From the IMG/VR virus record IMGVR_UViG_3300030707_000002: DNA of 64,000 bases; one strand, given 5' to 3'. Shown here in pieces: positions 55,327-64,000 of the stretch. A program made the translations under genes and the position numbers. The notes beneath the pieces were generated by a model. It was not told the origin of the DNA. It saw nothing but the letters and a program-made list of their open reading frames with translations, and made no database searches. This DNA comes from an uncultured virus (IMG/VR IMGVR_UViG_3300030707_000002). Lineage: Duplodnaviria > Heunggongvirae > Uroviricota > Caudoviricetes. Positions within the stretch are counted from its first letter, which is position 1. Each line of letters opens with the position of its first letter.

Positions 55327-55740
55327 TTAGCTCAGGATCATCGGCTCGCGCGCGTCGCGACCGGTCGCGTACGGAGCCGCGAAGAGGGCGATCATCACCG
55401 GCATGTCGTCGCGCAGGTTGATCACGAGCCAGAAGGCGTCCGCCTCCCACGGCAGGCTCGCGACCTTGTGGGCTGACTGGTGCGCGATCGTGAGGGCGTT
55501 GATAATTTTGGCGCCGTTGGGATCGCTCCGTTTGGTGTCGACGTAGCGTGCGCGCGGCATCGCCTTGAACCCGGACGGATCGTACTCCGCGGTCTCGAGG
55601 ACGATGTCACCGGTTCGAAACTGCTGACGCGCCGCGCGGTACGCGCCGAGCACCGCGCCGGGCTCTTGGAAGAGTCGCGTCACGAGGCGCTTGCAGTCGG
55701 GGGTCGTTCCGGGGGCGAACTCCAGGGCGGTTGCGAGCAT
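55327..55740 (-). CDS. hypothetical protein
   Basis: 137 aa; leaderless TACCGT-N6-ATG. Confidence 0.6.
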   Translation of the reverse strand: MLATALEFAPGTTPDCKRLVTRLFQEPGAVLGAYRAARQQFRTGDIVLETAEYDPSGFKAMPRARYVDTKRSDPNGAKIINALTIAHQSAHKVASLPWEADAFWLVINLRDDMPVMIALFAAPYATGRDAREPMILS

Positions 55741-55866
55741 TCCGTCACGGTAGCGCGGGACTCAGCGAATCGTCAACGGACATACCCAAGTATGTCCTGA
55801 GTATTCCCTAGTTCGGTGATTGTAGCGCGGTTGAGCCGCGTGGTACCGTAGACACGGACAAGAAGA

Positions 55867-56556
55867 TCAGTCATGCAGAGCGGACCGTTCACCGTCACGA
55901 GGGAAGTTGACGCGGGCGAACTCGCCGTGCAGTCGGCGCGCGGCCTCGTCGTACGCCAGCGCGGCGTCCTCTTCGGTGGTGAATCGTCCGAGGTGGATCG
56001 TTTTGTAGTCGGATCGGATCGATGCGCGCCAGTTTCGATCTCGAACCCACCACGACACACCCTTGAACTTCGACGAACCTCTACGACTCGGCGAGTTCAT
56101 CATGTTCTGCTGAGTGGTCGCCTTACGAAGGTTCTCTCTGCGGTTGTCCAGACCGTCTCGGTTGCAGTGGTCTACCTCTTCGGGTGGTTCGCCGAGAAGG
56201 TATCGGTGCAAGGAAACGGGAGCCTTCTTTCCGCCTGCGTCACTTGGTGCTCTACCGCGGATGGCGTACCAGGAGTAAAGACCGCCCGCTTTGCTGCGCG
56301 AACGAATGGCGCACCAGTTCCACCGAGACACGTCGGCAAAATCGGCTTCGTCGACCAAAGCGAACATGCTCTTCGTCAGTGCGATCCATCGAGCACCGGC
56401 AACCGATGGTGGTGGAGTTGCGGTGCGCGTAGCCCGAAGTCTGTTTCGGTAACTCTGCGCGCAACTCTTGTCGCAGAACTGTCTCGGGCTTCTGGTTCCT
56501 GCCCGTTTCCCAGCCAGCGACGCGTTGCATTCGAGACAAGCGTGGTACGTTCCCAT
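55867..56556 (-). CDS. HNH-AP2 domain endonuclease
   Basis: GAAGGAGG RBS; LHRYL...VDHCNRDGLDNRRENLR; SKFKGVSW...HLGRFTTEEDAALAYD...HGEFARVNF. Confidence 0.9.
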   Translation of the reverse strand: MGTYHACLECNASLAGKRAGTRSPRQFCDKSCAQSYRNRLRATRTATPPPSVAGARWIALTKSMFALVDEADFADVSRWNWCAIRSRSKAGGLYSWYAIRGRAPSDAGGKKAPVSLHRYLLGEPPEEVDHCNRDGLDNRRENLRKATTQQNMMNSPSRRGSSKFKGVSWWVRDRNWRASIRSDYKTIHLGRFTTEEDAALAYDEAARRLHGEFARVNFPRDGERSALHD

Positions 56557-56638
56557 CGTTCGCCTCCTTCCGTGAGGTCGAGCCAGGCCCCGGCCGGTTG
56601 CACGGCGCGGGGCTATTTCAATGCTGGAGGTCTGTATC

Positions 56639-56830
56639 ATGGAATCGAATAAGATTCACGAAGAAGAACTTTGTTGTGGGTATGCCCGATGCCCGACCGT
56701 GAAGCTCTTCGACGACGGCTCCGTCGAGCTGATAGATGCCGACACTGAGGCCGGTTCGGTCGGCACGATCAAGCTCCGACCCGAAGCCGCCGAGCGACTC
56801 GTCCGCCTCCTGACGACGCAGCGGCGATGA
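56639..56830 (+). CDS. small hypothetical protein
   Basis: GGAGG RBS; LCCGYARCP. Confidence 0.6.
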   Translation: MESNKIHEEELCCGYARCPTVKLFDDGSVELIDADTEAGSVGTIKLRPEAAERLVRLLTTQRR

Positions 56831-57129
56831 TCTTCGTCGCGCTCGTCGGCCTGACCCTCATTCTCGTGCGCGGCACGATCTTCCGGCCGTTGCAGCGGGT
56901 GTGGCCCGCGCTTTTCCGGTGCAGCCAGTGCATGGGGATGTGGATCGGTCTCGCGGCGGGCGCGAGCGGAATCGCATCGGTGGACCACGGCCACGGCGTG
57001 GATGCCGTCTTGGTCGGCCGCATCGTCGACGCCGTCCTGGTGGGGGCGGCGACCAGTGTTTTGTCGATAGGTACGGACGCCGTGCTCTTGAAGCTGCTCG
57101 GCGATCCGGACGAGGAGAAAGTCCCATGA
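56827..57129 (+). CDS. DUF1360-like membrane protein
   Basis: IFRPL...LFRCSQCMGMWIG; hydrophobic. Confidence 0.65.
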   Translation: MIFVALVGLTLILVRGTIFRPLQRVWPALFRCSQCMGMWIGLAAGASGIASVDHGHGVDAVLVGRIVDAVLVGAATSVLSIGTDAVLLKLLGDPDEEKVP

Positions 57130-57674
57130 GGCGACGGCTCACCACCCTCCGCGCGAAGCAGGGGCATTCGCAGAACGGCGCTCCAAGGGCCCTCATTGAC
57201 CTGGCGGTGTACCGGGAACACCGGGCCGTTCAGGATAGTTTCGCGGCACCTTGGGATCCAGCGTACAGCGGCTGGACCAACGCCAGGCGGCCGCGTGATT
57301 TCGCCATCAGCTTACGAAACATCAAGAACATCGGGAGCATGGGTCCCTCGGTGGCCGTTGCCCATGCGCTTCCCGCCGACCCGATGACGGAATGGACGGA
57401 GCTCGCAAAGAGGGTCCCGATCGACGCGCTCCGTCGGTACCAAGCGCAAACCGACGAAGCCGTCCAGAAGGGTGCCGTTCGCGGCCGCGGCTGCCTGTGG
57501 CCGGACCCGGCCATCCGACTCGCCAACCCCCAGACCCCGGCCGGAGCGCACTGGGTGCACATGGCCCTGCAGCTCACGGCCGAGGAGGCGGCGGCCGTGC
57601 GGGCCAGCATGAACAAGGTCGTCGAAGATCGAGAATCGGCAAAATTAGGAGAAGTCCCATGCGTAGAAAAATGA
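57126..57674 (+). CDS. paralog 1 of a novel ~70 aa domain, with C-terminal extension
   Basis: MRR...QNGAPR.LID.AVYREH...YSGW..ARRPRDFAISLR. Confidence 0.7.
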   Translation: MRRRLTTLRAKQGHSQNGAPRALIDLAVYREHRAVQDSFAAPWDPAYSGWTNARRPRDFAISLRNIKNIGSMGPSVAVAHALPADPMTEWTELAKRVPIDALRRYQAQTDEAVQKGAVRGRGCLWPDPAIRLANPQTPAGAHWVHMALQLTAEEAAAVRASMNKVVEDRESAKLGEVPCVEK

Positions 57675-57880
57675 CGACCTTGAAGTGCAAATCCGGTGGT
57701 GTGCAGAACAGCAACGGCGCCGGTCATCCTCGGTCGCTCATCGACGAGTCAACGTACCGCGAGCACCGCAACTTTGTCGCCGTCGACACCCACTGGCCGG
57801 CGCAGTTCAGCGGCTGGAGCAACGCGTCCCGCCCGCGCGATTTCGCCATCACGTTGCGGCACGTACGGCCGCTGTCATGA
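57659..57880 (+). CDS. paralog 2 of the novel ~70 aa domain
   Basis: GGAGAAGTCCC-ATG; PRSLIDESTYREH...FSGWSNASRPRDFAITLR. Confidence 0.7.
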   Translation: MRRKMTTLKCKSGGVQNSNGAGHPRSLIDESTYREHRNFVAVDTHWPAQFSGWSNASRPRDFAITLRHVRPLS

Positions 57881-57899
57881 GACGAAAAAAGGAGAACCG

Positions 57900-58130
57900 A
57901 TGCGCCGAAAATTGAAAAACCTGAAAAACAAGTCGGGTGCTACCCAGAACGGCGCACCCCGCCAGCTCCTCGACGAGGCGGTGTACCGCGAACATCTCGC
58001 GCACATCTCGGGCCTGATCGGACAGAAGGTCTACGACTCGGAGTACTCCGGCTGGAGCTGGGCTTCGCGTCCTCGTGATCAGGCCATCAGTCTGCGATCC
58101 CCCAACCAACACGAGTCTCCTCCGGGATAG
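57900..58130 (+). CDS. paralog 3 of the novel ~70 aa domain
   Basis: AAGGAG RBS; QNGAPRQLLDEAVYREH...YSGWSWASRPRDQAISLR. Confidence 0.7.
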   Translation: MRRKLKNLKNKSGATQNGAPRQLLDEAVYREHLAHISGLIGQKVYDSEYSGWSWASRPRDQAISLRSPNQHESPPG

Positions 58131-58193
58131 GTCTTACCTTTACGCGTCCTTTTTTTACCCCCTCAGTCACCGTCATCAAGGCAATCCATCACC

Positions 58194-59375
58194 ATGAGCT
58201 TCGTCATCGGCCGCGGACGGACCGCACGCGAGACGTACCCGACCGCACTGGGATCGGGCGGCGGAGGCGGCACGGGCCCGACCGGACCGAGCCAGGGGCC
58301 GTCGGGGGCAACAGGAACGACTGGAGCTACGGGAGCGACAGGATCCGGGCCCACCGGCGCGACGGGCCCCGCGTCCACCGTCACGGGGCCGACCGGCGCG
58401 ACGGGTCCCGCAGGAACCGCATCGGGCACGGGTGCCACCGGTCCGACGGGAGCCGCGTCCACGGGCGCTACGGGAGCGACGGGTGCCACCGGTGCCGGAT
58501 CGACGGGACCAACCGGCGCTGGTGGTCTCACGTTGCACGTGCTGAATTTTACGGGAGCCACCGGAGCGTGGGTGGTGCCCGCAGGAGTGACGGGGGCCAG
58601 CTACGAAATCTACGGCGGCGGAGGAGGCGGCGCCGGAGCTCAGGCTGGAGCCACGAGCGGAACCGGATCCAATGGGGGAGGGGGAGGCGGCGGATCGCTG
58701 CTCGCCACCGGGGTGATGACGGGGTTGACTCCCGCCGATTCGCTCACGATCGCCGTGGGTGCGGGGGGTGCGGGGGGTGCGGCCAACACCAACGGGTCGC
58801 CCGGCGGAGAGTCATCCATCGTTTCGCTGGCTCACGCCCTCACGTTAGTCGTCGCAGCGGGCGCGTCCGGCGGAACCGCCATCGGATCGGGCGACGCATC
58901 CGCAGCGCCCGGCGGAGGGCCTCCGGTGACCTCCCGCGCCACCACCGTCACGAACTTCCTGCCCATGAGCACTTCACCCGCTCAGGGTGGATCGGGAGGA
59001 GGGTCGGGCCTGCTGCTCGTGGGCAATACCGCCGCCCTCGACGGCAACGACAATCCCGACAGCACCGGGCAGCATGGCGGCCTCGGGGGCGCGACCGGCA
59101 CTGCATCCCCCGGATCCCCCGGCTTCGGCGGCGGCGGAGGTGGGTGCGGACCCAACATCTTCGGCGGTGCGGGCGACGGGGCCACCGGCGGGGCGGGGGG
59201 TAACGGAGGATCGACCACGGGGGTCAACGGCAGCCCAGGCAACAGCGCCGTCGCCAACAGCGGATCGGGTGGCGGGGGTGGCGGAGCCGGAGGCAACGGA
59301 ACGGTTACTCCAGGCACCGGAGGGGCGGGCGGCAACGGAGGCTCGGGAGGAGTGCGCATCGCGTGGCTCGCGTGA
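58194..59375 (+). CDS. collagen-like fibre protein with C-terminal glycine-rich domain
   Basis: GPT/GAT triplets; GGGGGG glycine-rich domain ending [10 protein letters not shown]. Confidence 0.8.
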   Translation: MSFVIGRGRTARETYPTALGSGGGGGTGPTGPSQGPSGATGTTGATGATGSGPTGATGPASTVTGPTGATGPAGTASGTGATGPTGAASTGATGATGATGAGSTGPTGAGGLTLHVLNFTGATGAWVVPAGVTGASYEIYGGGGGGAGAQAGATSGTGSNGGGGGGGSLLATGVMTGLTPADSLTIAVGAGGAGGAANTNGSPGGESSIVSLAHALTLVVAAGASGGTAIGSGDASAAPGGGPPVTSRATTVTNFLPMSTSPAQGGSGGGSGLLLVGNTAALDGNDNPDSTGQHGGLGGATGTASPGSPGFGGGGGGCGPNIFGGAGDGATGGAGGNGGSTTGVNGSPGNSAVANSGSGGGGGGAGGNGTVTPGTGGAGGNGGSGGVRIAWLA

Positions 59376-59388
59376 GAGGGAGATCCGA

Positions 59389-62300
59389 ATGAGTTTCATC
59401 ATCGGCCGCGGACGGACCGCACGCGAGACGTACCCGACCGCACCGGGATCGGGCGGCGGTGGCACGGGGCCGACCGGACCGAGCCAAGGGCCGACCGGAA
59501 TGACCGGGGCGACTGGTTCGACGGGTGCAACCGGTCCGTCCACCACAGGCCCGACCGGTGCAACAGGGGCTGCATCCACCGTAACAGGACCGACGGGATC
59601 GACCGGTCCGTCCACCACCGGCCCGACCGGAGCGACAGGCGCCGCATCGACCGTCACGGGACCGACCGGCGCGTCGGGCGCCACGGGACCGGCGGGTAGC
59701 GCCACCAACACCGGCGCAACGGGAACCACGGGCCCGACCGGAAGCACGGGGGCGACGGGTGCCGCATCGACAGTGACAGGCCCGACAGGGGCGGCATCCA
59801 CCGGAGCCACCGGGAACACGGGACCGACCGGAGCAGCATCGATCATCACCGGTCCGACGGGAGCCACAGGAGCGCTCGGGACCGGTCCGACGGGAGCGTC
59901 TGGGCCGACGGGAGCCGCATCCACCGTCACGGGGCCCACGGGATCGACGGGATCGACCGGGCCCGCAGGCAGTGCAACCAACACAGGCGCGACAGGAACC
60001 AAAGGTCCGACCGGAAGCACGGGCCCAACCGGAGCCGCATCCACCGTCACCGGCGCGACCGGGGTGACGGGACCGCTCGGAACCGGACCGACAGGAACCA
60101 CGGGCGCCGCATCCACAGTCACGGGACCCACGGGCGCATCGGGCGCGACCGGCCCAGCAGGTAGCGCAACCAATACCGGTGCGACGGGACCGACCGGCAC
60201 GACGGGATCCACGGGTCCGGCAGGCACCGCGTCCAACACCGGCGCCACCGGCGCCACCGGACCGACGGGAGCGGGAGCAACGGGACCGGCAGGCACCGCG
60301 TCCAACACCGGCGCGACGGGAACCAAAGGTCCGACCGGAAGCACGGGACCGACGGGAGCGTCCGGCGCAGCGACCAACACCGGCGCGACGGGATCGACCG
60401 GCCCAACGGGTTCAGTGGGTCCGGCAGGCACCGCATCGAACACCGGCGCCACCGGGACGACCGGTCCAACGGGATCGACGGGATCGACGGGGCCTGCGGG
60501 CAGCGCGACCAACACAGGTGCGACGGGAACTTCGGGCCCGACCGGAAGTACGGGTCCAACCGGAGCGTCCGGTGCAGCGACCAACACGGGAGCGACCGGC
60601 CCGAGCGGGCCGACGGGATCCACCGGTCCGGCGGGCACTGCGTCGAATACAGGCGCCACGGGGGCCACCGGCCCGACGGGAGCGATGGGATCGACCGGGC
60701 CGACGGGATCCACCGGACCGATCTTCCCGGGAGCGAGTTTCGTCGCCACTTCTTCGCAACCGTTCGTCGTGCCGCCGGGCATCACGACCATGCGCGCGAC
60801 GATCGTCCCCGCCGGAGGTGGAGGCGCGGGCGGCAACGGCGGCAACGCCAGTGCGGACGGATCGAACGGAGGGGGAGGCGGCGGCGGAGCGCTCGAATCC
60901 ACGCAGGTGATGATCGCGGTCATCCCCGGCGACACACTCCAGCTCACCGTCGGACTCGGCGGCGCAGGCGGGGTGGGTGGTGCGGCCCTATTGCCCGGAT
61001 CGAACGGATCGCCGGGCGGCCTCTCGAGCGTCGCCTCGATCGCACACCTCACGGTCTACGCGCAGGCGGCCGGGGCCTCCGGCGGGTCGGCTGCCCAAGA
61101 TCTCGTCAGTGGCACCGGCCCTGGTGGCGGTCCTCCCGTCACAGCCGACGGGCTCACGGTCGTAAACATCGGTCCACTCGCGCAGCTCGCGCCCGCGCAG
61201 GGCGGGTACGGCGGGTCGGCCGCATTCACGAACACAGCGACAGCCTCGTTCGGCAACGACAACCCGGCGGGATACATCGGGGGTGCGGGCGGCGCGAACG
61301 GGTCGATCATCTCGGGTCAGGCGGGCGGGTTCGGCGGCGGCGGCGGCGGCGGCGGTCCGCTGGGGATCGGCGGCGCCGGAGGCGCTGGCGGCAACGGTGC
61401 GGCCGGAACCGGTGTCGCTGGGTCAGCAGGATCCAACGCGCCCGCCAACAGCGGCGCAGGAGGAGGAGGCGCTGGCGCGGGCGGCAACGGTTCCACGGGC
61501 GGCGTGGGCGGCACGGGCGGCAACGGCGGCAGCGCGGAGATCATCCTCGAGTGGGGTGCCGGCATTCAAGGAATGACCGGCCCCACCGGACCGTCCGGTG
61601 GCCCGATCGGGCCGACCGGTGCAACGTCGACCGTCACGGGACCGACCGGAGCATCGATCACGGGTCCGACCGGTGCCGCATCCACCGTCACCGGACCGAC
61701 GGGCGCCACCGGCCACGCGTCCACAGGCCCGACGGGAGCCACATCCACCGTCACCGGCCCAACGGGTGCAACAGGACCGCTTGGAACCGGCCCGACGGGA
61801 ACGTCAGGACCGACGGGTGCTGCATCCACAGTCACGGGACCGACAGGTGCGTCGGGGTCGACCGGACCTGCAGGCAGTGCATCGTCCACGGGTGCGACCG
61901 GACCGGCGGGCGCCACCGGCGCCATCGCCACGGGACCGACGGGAGCCGCTGGAGCCGCATCAACCGTCACCGGCCCGACCGGCGCGACGGGGGCTGCATC
62001 GACCGGAAGCACCGGCCCCACCGGAGCAGCGTCCATCGTCACGGGGCCAACAGGGGGTGCGTCCACCGTCACGGGTCCGACAGGAGCGGCGTCAACAATC
62101 ACCGGTCCAACGGGGGCATCGGGATCGACCGGATCCACGGGACCGGCGGGCGCGGCGTCCGCCACGGGAGCGACCGGACCGACAGGCGCCACCGGCGCGA
62201 CTTCGACCGGACCCACGGGAGCGGCGTCGACCGTCACCGGTCCAACGGGAGCGCTTGGAACCGGGCCGACGGGGGCTGCATCGTTCGTCACAGGCCCGAC

Positions 62301-63363
62301 AGGGGGCAAAGGATCGACAGGGCCGACGGGAGCCGCATCGACCGTCACCGGACCGACGGGCCCTTCAGGTCCGACGGGTGCCGCTTCGACTGTGACCGGA
62401 CCGACGGGGACGACCGGTCTGTCGGTCACCGGCCCGACCGGTGCGGCATCCACGGTCACTGGACCGACCGGATCGACGGGCACCAAAGGAACCACGGGTC
62501 CGACCGGAGCGGGAGCCTCGACGGCGACACTCAAGTCGCAGATATTCACCGCGGGAGGGACCTTCGCCGTCCCGGCCGGCGTTACGACGATGCAGGCGTG
62601 GGGCTACGGCGGTGGCGGCGGAGGGGCCTGCGGTGCGACGGGTCAAGTGGGGACCAGCCAGTCGTACGGGGGTGGCGGTGGTGGAACCGCCACTCCGCAG
62701 TATGAACCCATGATTTCGACCGTTCCTGGGGACGTGCTCACCGTCAGCATCGGTGCGGGCGGCGCTGGCGCCGGCGCCGCTTCCAATGCCAACGGAGGCC
62801 GTGGCAATGTGTCAACCGTTTTTTCTGTCGCGCACGCCACCACGTACGCCGAATTTCCTGGCGCTTCTGGCGGGACCAACAACCCGCTAAGCGTTGCGAC
62901 CTCCGCTCCTGGGGTGGCTGGCGGTGGACCCCCCATCACTTCCGGCGCAGCCACCGTAGAATACCTTTTTTACAGTGTTGCCCTCGGGCAAGGCGGTCCA
63001 GGCACGGGTGGCAGTGGTTCGCCTTTTGGTGCAGGACTCGATAGCGCGGTTGGTAGCTCAGGAGGAGCCGCAGGTGCTGCGGGAGCTACCTCCACGGGCC
63101 AGATGGGCGGTCTCGGTGGTGGTGGAGGCGGTGGCAGCAACCTCATCGGCGGCAGCGCGTCGCCCGGTGCGGCCGGAGGCAACGGAAACGCCGTCTCAGG
63201 CACCATAGGCGGTGACGGTGCCAATGCAACCAATGCGCTGGCGAACTCCGGCAGTGGTGGCGGCGGTGGTGGCGGCGGAGGATCGGGCAGCTCGGCGGGT
63301 GGTGAGGGTGGCGGGGGTGGAAATGGGGGTAGTGGTCTCGTCGTCCTGATGTGGGTGGGCTAA
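59389..63363 (+). CDS. large collagen-like fibre protein: two collagen plus glycine-rich modules
   Basis: 1324 aa; GxT triplets interrupted by AASTVT/ATNT; glycine-rich domains ending IILEW and VVLMW. Confidence 0.85.
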   Translation: MSFIIGRGRTARETYPTAPGSGGGGTGPTGPSQGPTGMTGATGSTGATGPSTTGPTGATGAASTVTGPTGSTGPSTTGPTGATGAASTVTGPTGASGATGPAGSATNTGATGTTGPTGSTGATGAASTVTGPTGAASTGATGNTGPTGAASIITGPTGATGALGTGPTGASGPTGAASTVTGPTGSTGSTGPAGSATNTGATGTKGPTGSTGPTGAASTVTGATGVTGPLGTGPTGTTGAASTVTGPTGASGATGPAGSATNTGATGPTGTTGSTGPAGTASNTGATGATGPTGAGATGPAGTASNTGATGTKGPTGSTGPTGASGAATNTGATGSTGPTGSVGPAGTASNTGATGTTGPTGSTGSTGPAGSATNTGATGTSGPTGSTGPTGASGAATNTGATGPSGPTGSTGPAGTASNTGATGATGPTGAMGSTGPTGSTGPIFPGASFVATSSQPFVVPPGITTMRATIVPAGGGGAGGNGGNASADGSNGGGGGGGALESTQVMIAVIPGDTLQLTVGLGGAGGVGGAALLPGSNGSPGGLSSVASIAHLTVYAQAAGASGGSAAQDLVSGTGPGGGPPVTADGLTVVNIGPLAQLAPAQGGYGGSAAFTNTATASFGNDNPAGYIGGAGGANGSIISGQAGGFGGGGGGGGPLGIGGAGGAGGNGAAGTGVAGSAGSNAPANSGAGGGGAGAGGNGSTGGVGGTGGNGGSAEIILEWGAGIQGMTGPTGPSGGPIGPTGATSTVTGPTGASITGPTGAASTVTGPTGATGHASTGPTGATSTVTGPTGATGPLGTGPTGTSGPTGAASTVTGPTGASGSTGPAGSASSTGATGPAGATGAIATGPTGAAGAASTVTGPTGATGAASTGSTGPTGAASIVTGPTGGASTVTGPTGAASTITGPTGASGSTGSTGPAGAASATGATGPTGATGATSTGPTGAASTVTGPTGALGTGPTGAASFVTGPTGGKGSTGPTGAASTVTGPTGPSGPTGAASTVTGPTGTTGLSVTGPTGAASTVTGPTGSTGTKGTTGPTGAGASTATLKSQIFTAGGTFAVPAGVTTMQAWGYGGGGGGACGATGQVGTSQSYGGGGGGTATPQYEPMISTVPGDVLTVSIGAGGAGAGAASNANGGRGNVSTVFSVAHATTYAEFPGASGGTNNPLSVATSAPGVAGGGPPITSGAATVEYLFYSVALGQGGPGTGGSGSPFGAGLDSAVGSSGGAAGAAGATSTGQMGGLGGGGGGGSNLIGGSASPGAAGGNGNAVSGTIGGDGANATNALANSGSGGGGGGGGGSGSSAGGEGGGGGNGGSGLVVLMWVG

Positions 63364-63367
63364 CTCG

Positions 63368-63775
63368 ATGAGCTTCGTCATCGGGCGAGGGCGACGCGCA
63401 AGCGAGACGTACCCGACCGCGCCTACGGGTGGAAGCGGTTCATCCGGACCGGTCCCGTGGACGAGGCCGAACGCCAACATCTACAACGCACCGAGCTCAC
63501 GGAATCAATGGATCCTGCTCACCTCGGAGAGCGCCGTCAACCTGCCCTCCGCCGCGAGCGTCCAAGAGGCCGACGTGGTCGTCATCAAAGTGCGCAGCCT
63601 GGACAACCCGTGCGTGGTTACCCCGAGCCCGCCGATCACGATCGAGAACCCGGCCGCTCCGGGCGACTTCAGCGCCACCAGCGTTTCCTTGTCCACGAGC
63701 GGCGAAGTGGCGCGGTGGAAGTACACCGCCAACTCGGGCCAAACCGGCGCCGAGCAAGCCTACATCCTCTGGTGA
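63368..63775 (+). CDS. small beta-rich protein sharing the fibre N-terminal motif
   Basis: [24 protein letters not shown]...DVVVIK fibre-adaptor-like pattern. Confidence 0.7.
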   Translation: MSFVIGRGRRASETYPTAPTGGSGSSGPVPWTRPNANIYNAPSSRNQWILLTSESAVNLPSAASVQEADVVVIKVRSLDNPCVVTPSPPITIENPAAPGDFSATSVSLSTSGEVARWKYTANSGQTGAEQAYILW

Positions 63776-63935
63776 TCGGGTGATTATCCACCTCTGGGGA
63801 ATCGGGTGAGTTTCATCGTCGGTCGCAGCTAAGTATCTCCCGATTGACGGTGGGTGACAGTCCGGTTTACGGTAGCCGGAATGCGCCGTTCGGACCTCGA
63901 GAGGATGGCCATGCAGCCGCCGTACGCGGCCGGCG

Positions 63936-64000
63936 ATGGGTAAAAGAGTGCATTCGTTCGTCATCGGCGGCGCCGGCTTCATCGGAAGCCACCTGGTGGA
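63936..64000 (+). CDS. NAD-dependent epimerase/dehydratase (5' fragment, runs off the window)
   Basis: MGKRVHSFVIGGAGFIGSHLV, a GxxGxxG extended-SDR motif. Confidence 0.75.
   Translation, partial: MGKRVHSFVIGGAGFIGSHLV

Noticed and set aside
58974..62549. Long minus-strand PVGPV-repeat ORFs (692 and 327 aa)
   Set aside because: Antisense shadows of the collagen-like genes.
1..64000. tRNA/rRNA genes, DNA polymerase, packaging ATPase, reverse transcriptase/DGR
   Set aside because: No convincing cloverleaf, Walker A packaging motif, polymerase or RT motif was seen by eye; absence is not proven without searches.

Overview
A GC-rich 64 kb segment with no host housekeeping genes, best read as part of a large virus or provirus. 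A Myxococcota (Polyangiales-like) host is inferred from DAG-repeat lipoproteins and an H1-tailed DNA-binding protein. No terminase, portal, tail-tube or tape-measure gene is recognisable. Layout: (1) 0.2-10.8 kb, divergent operons of small overlapping phage-type genes with an HNH endonuclease and a repeated start-associated motif. (2) 10.9-16 kb, lipoproteins, a prodomain-less S53 peptidase and a fibre/baseplate-like protein. (3) 16.5-29.9 kb, accessory and defence island: a RelE-like TA pair, a COMM-domain-like/unknown/PIN three-gene operon, a 3.8 kb IS903-like element (13 bp TIRs, 9 bp TSD) carrying a NotI-like restriction-modification pair, a tyrosine recombinase with its own inverted-repeat site, and a Phd-MNT/HEPN TA. 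(4) 29.9-51.2 kb, minus-strand morphogenesis-like region: GroES-like, JAB, LysM, TnpB, transglutaminase-like protease, Arg-rich core-like protein, beta-rich capsid candidates, lytic transglycosylase, SGNH and bulb-lectin membrane proteins. Many of these share an N-terminal GRP-x-x-F-G-[VLM]-G motif and C-terminal TM anchors, suggesting a non-tailed membrane-containing virus with its own sorting/maturation signal. (5) 51.3-64 kb, Fic and YafQ TA modules, four more motif-bearing membrane proteins, HNH-AP2, a triplicated novel ~70 aa domain, and collagen-like fibres sharing an MSF[VI]IGRGR-x-A-[RS]-ETYPTA N-terminus, ending in a truncated NAD-dependent epimerase. All family calls come from motif recognition by eye; no database searches were run.
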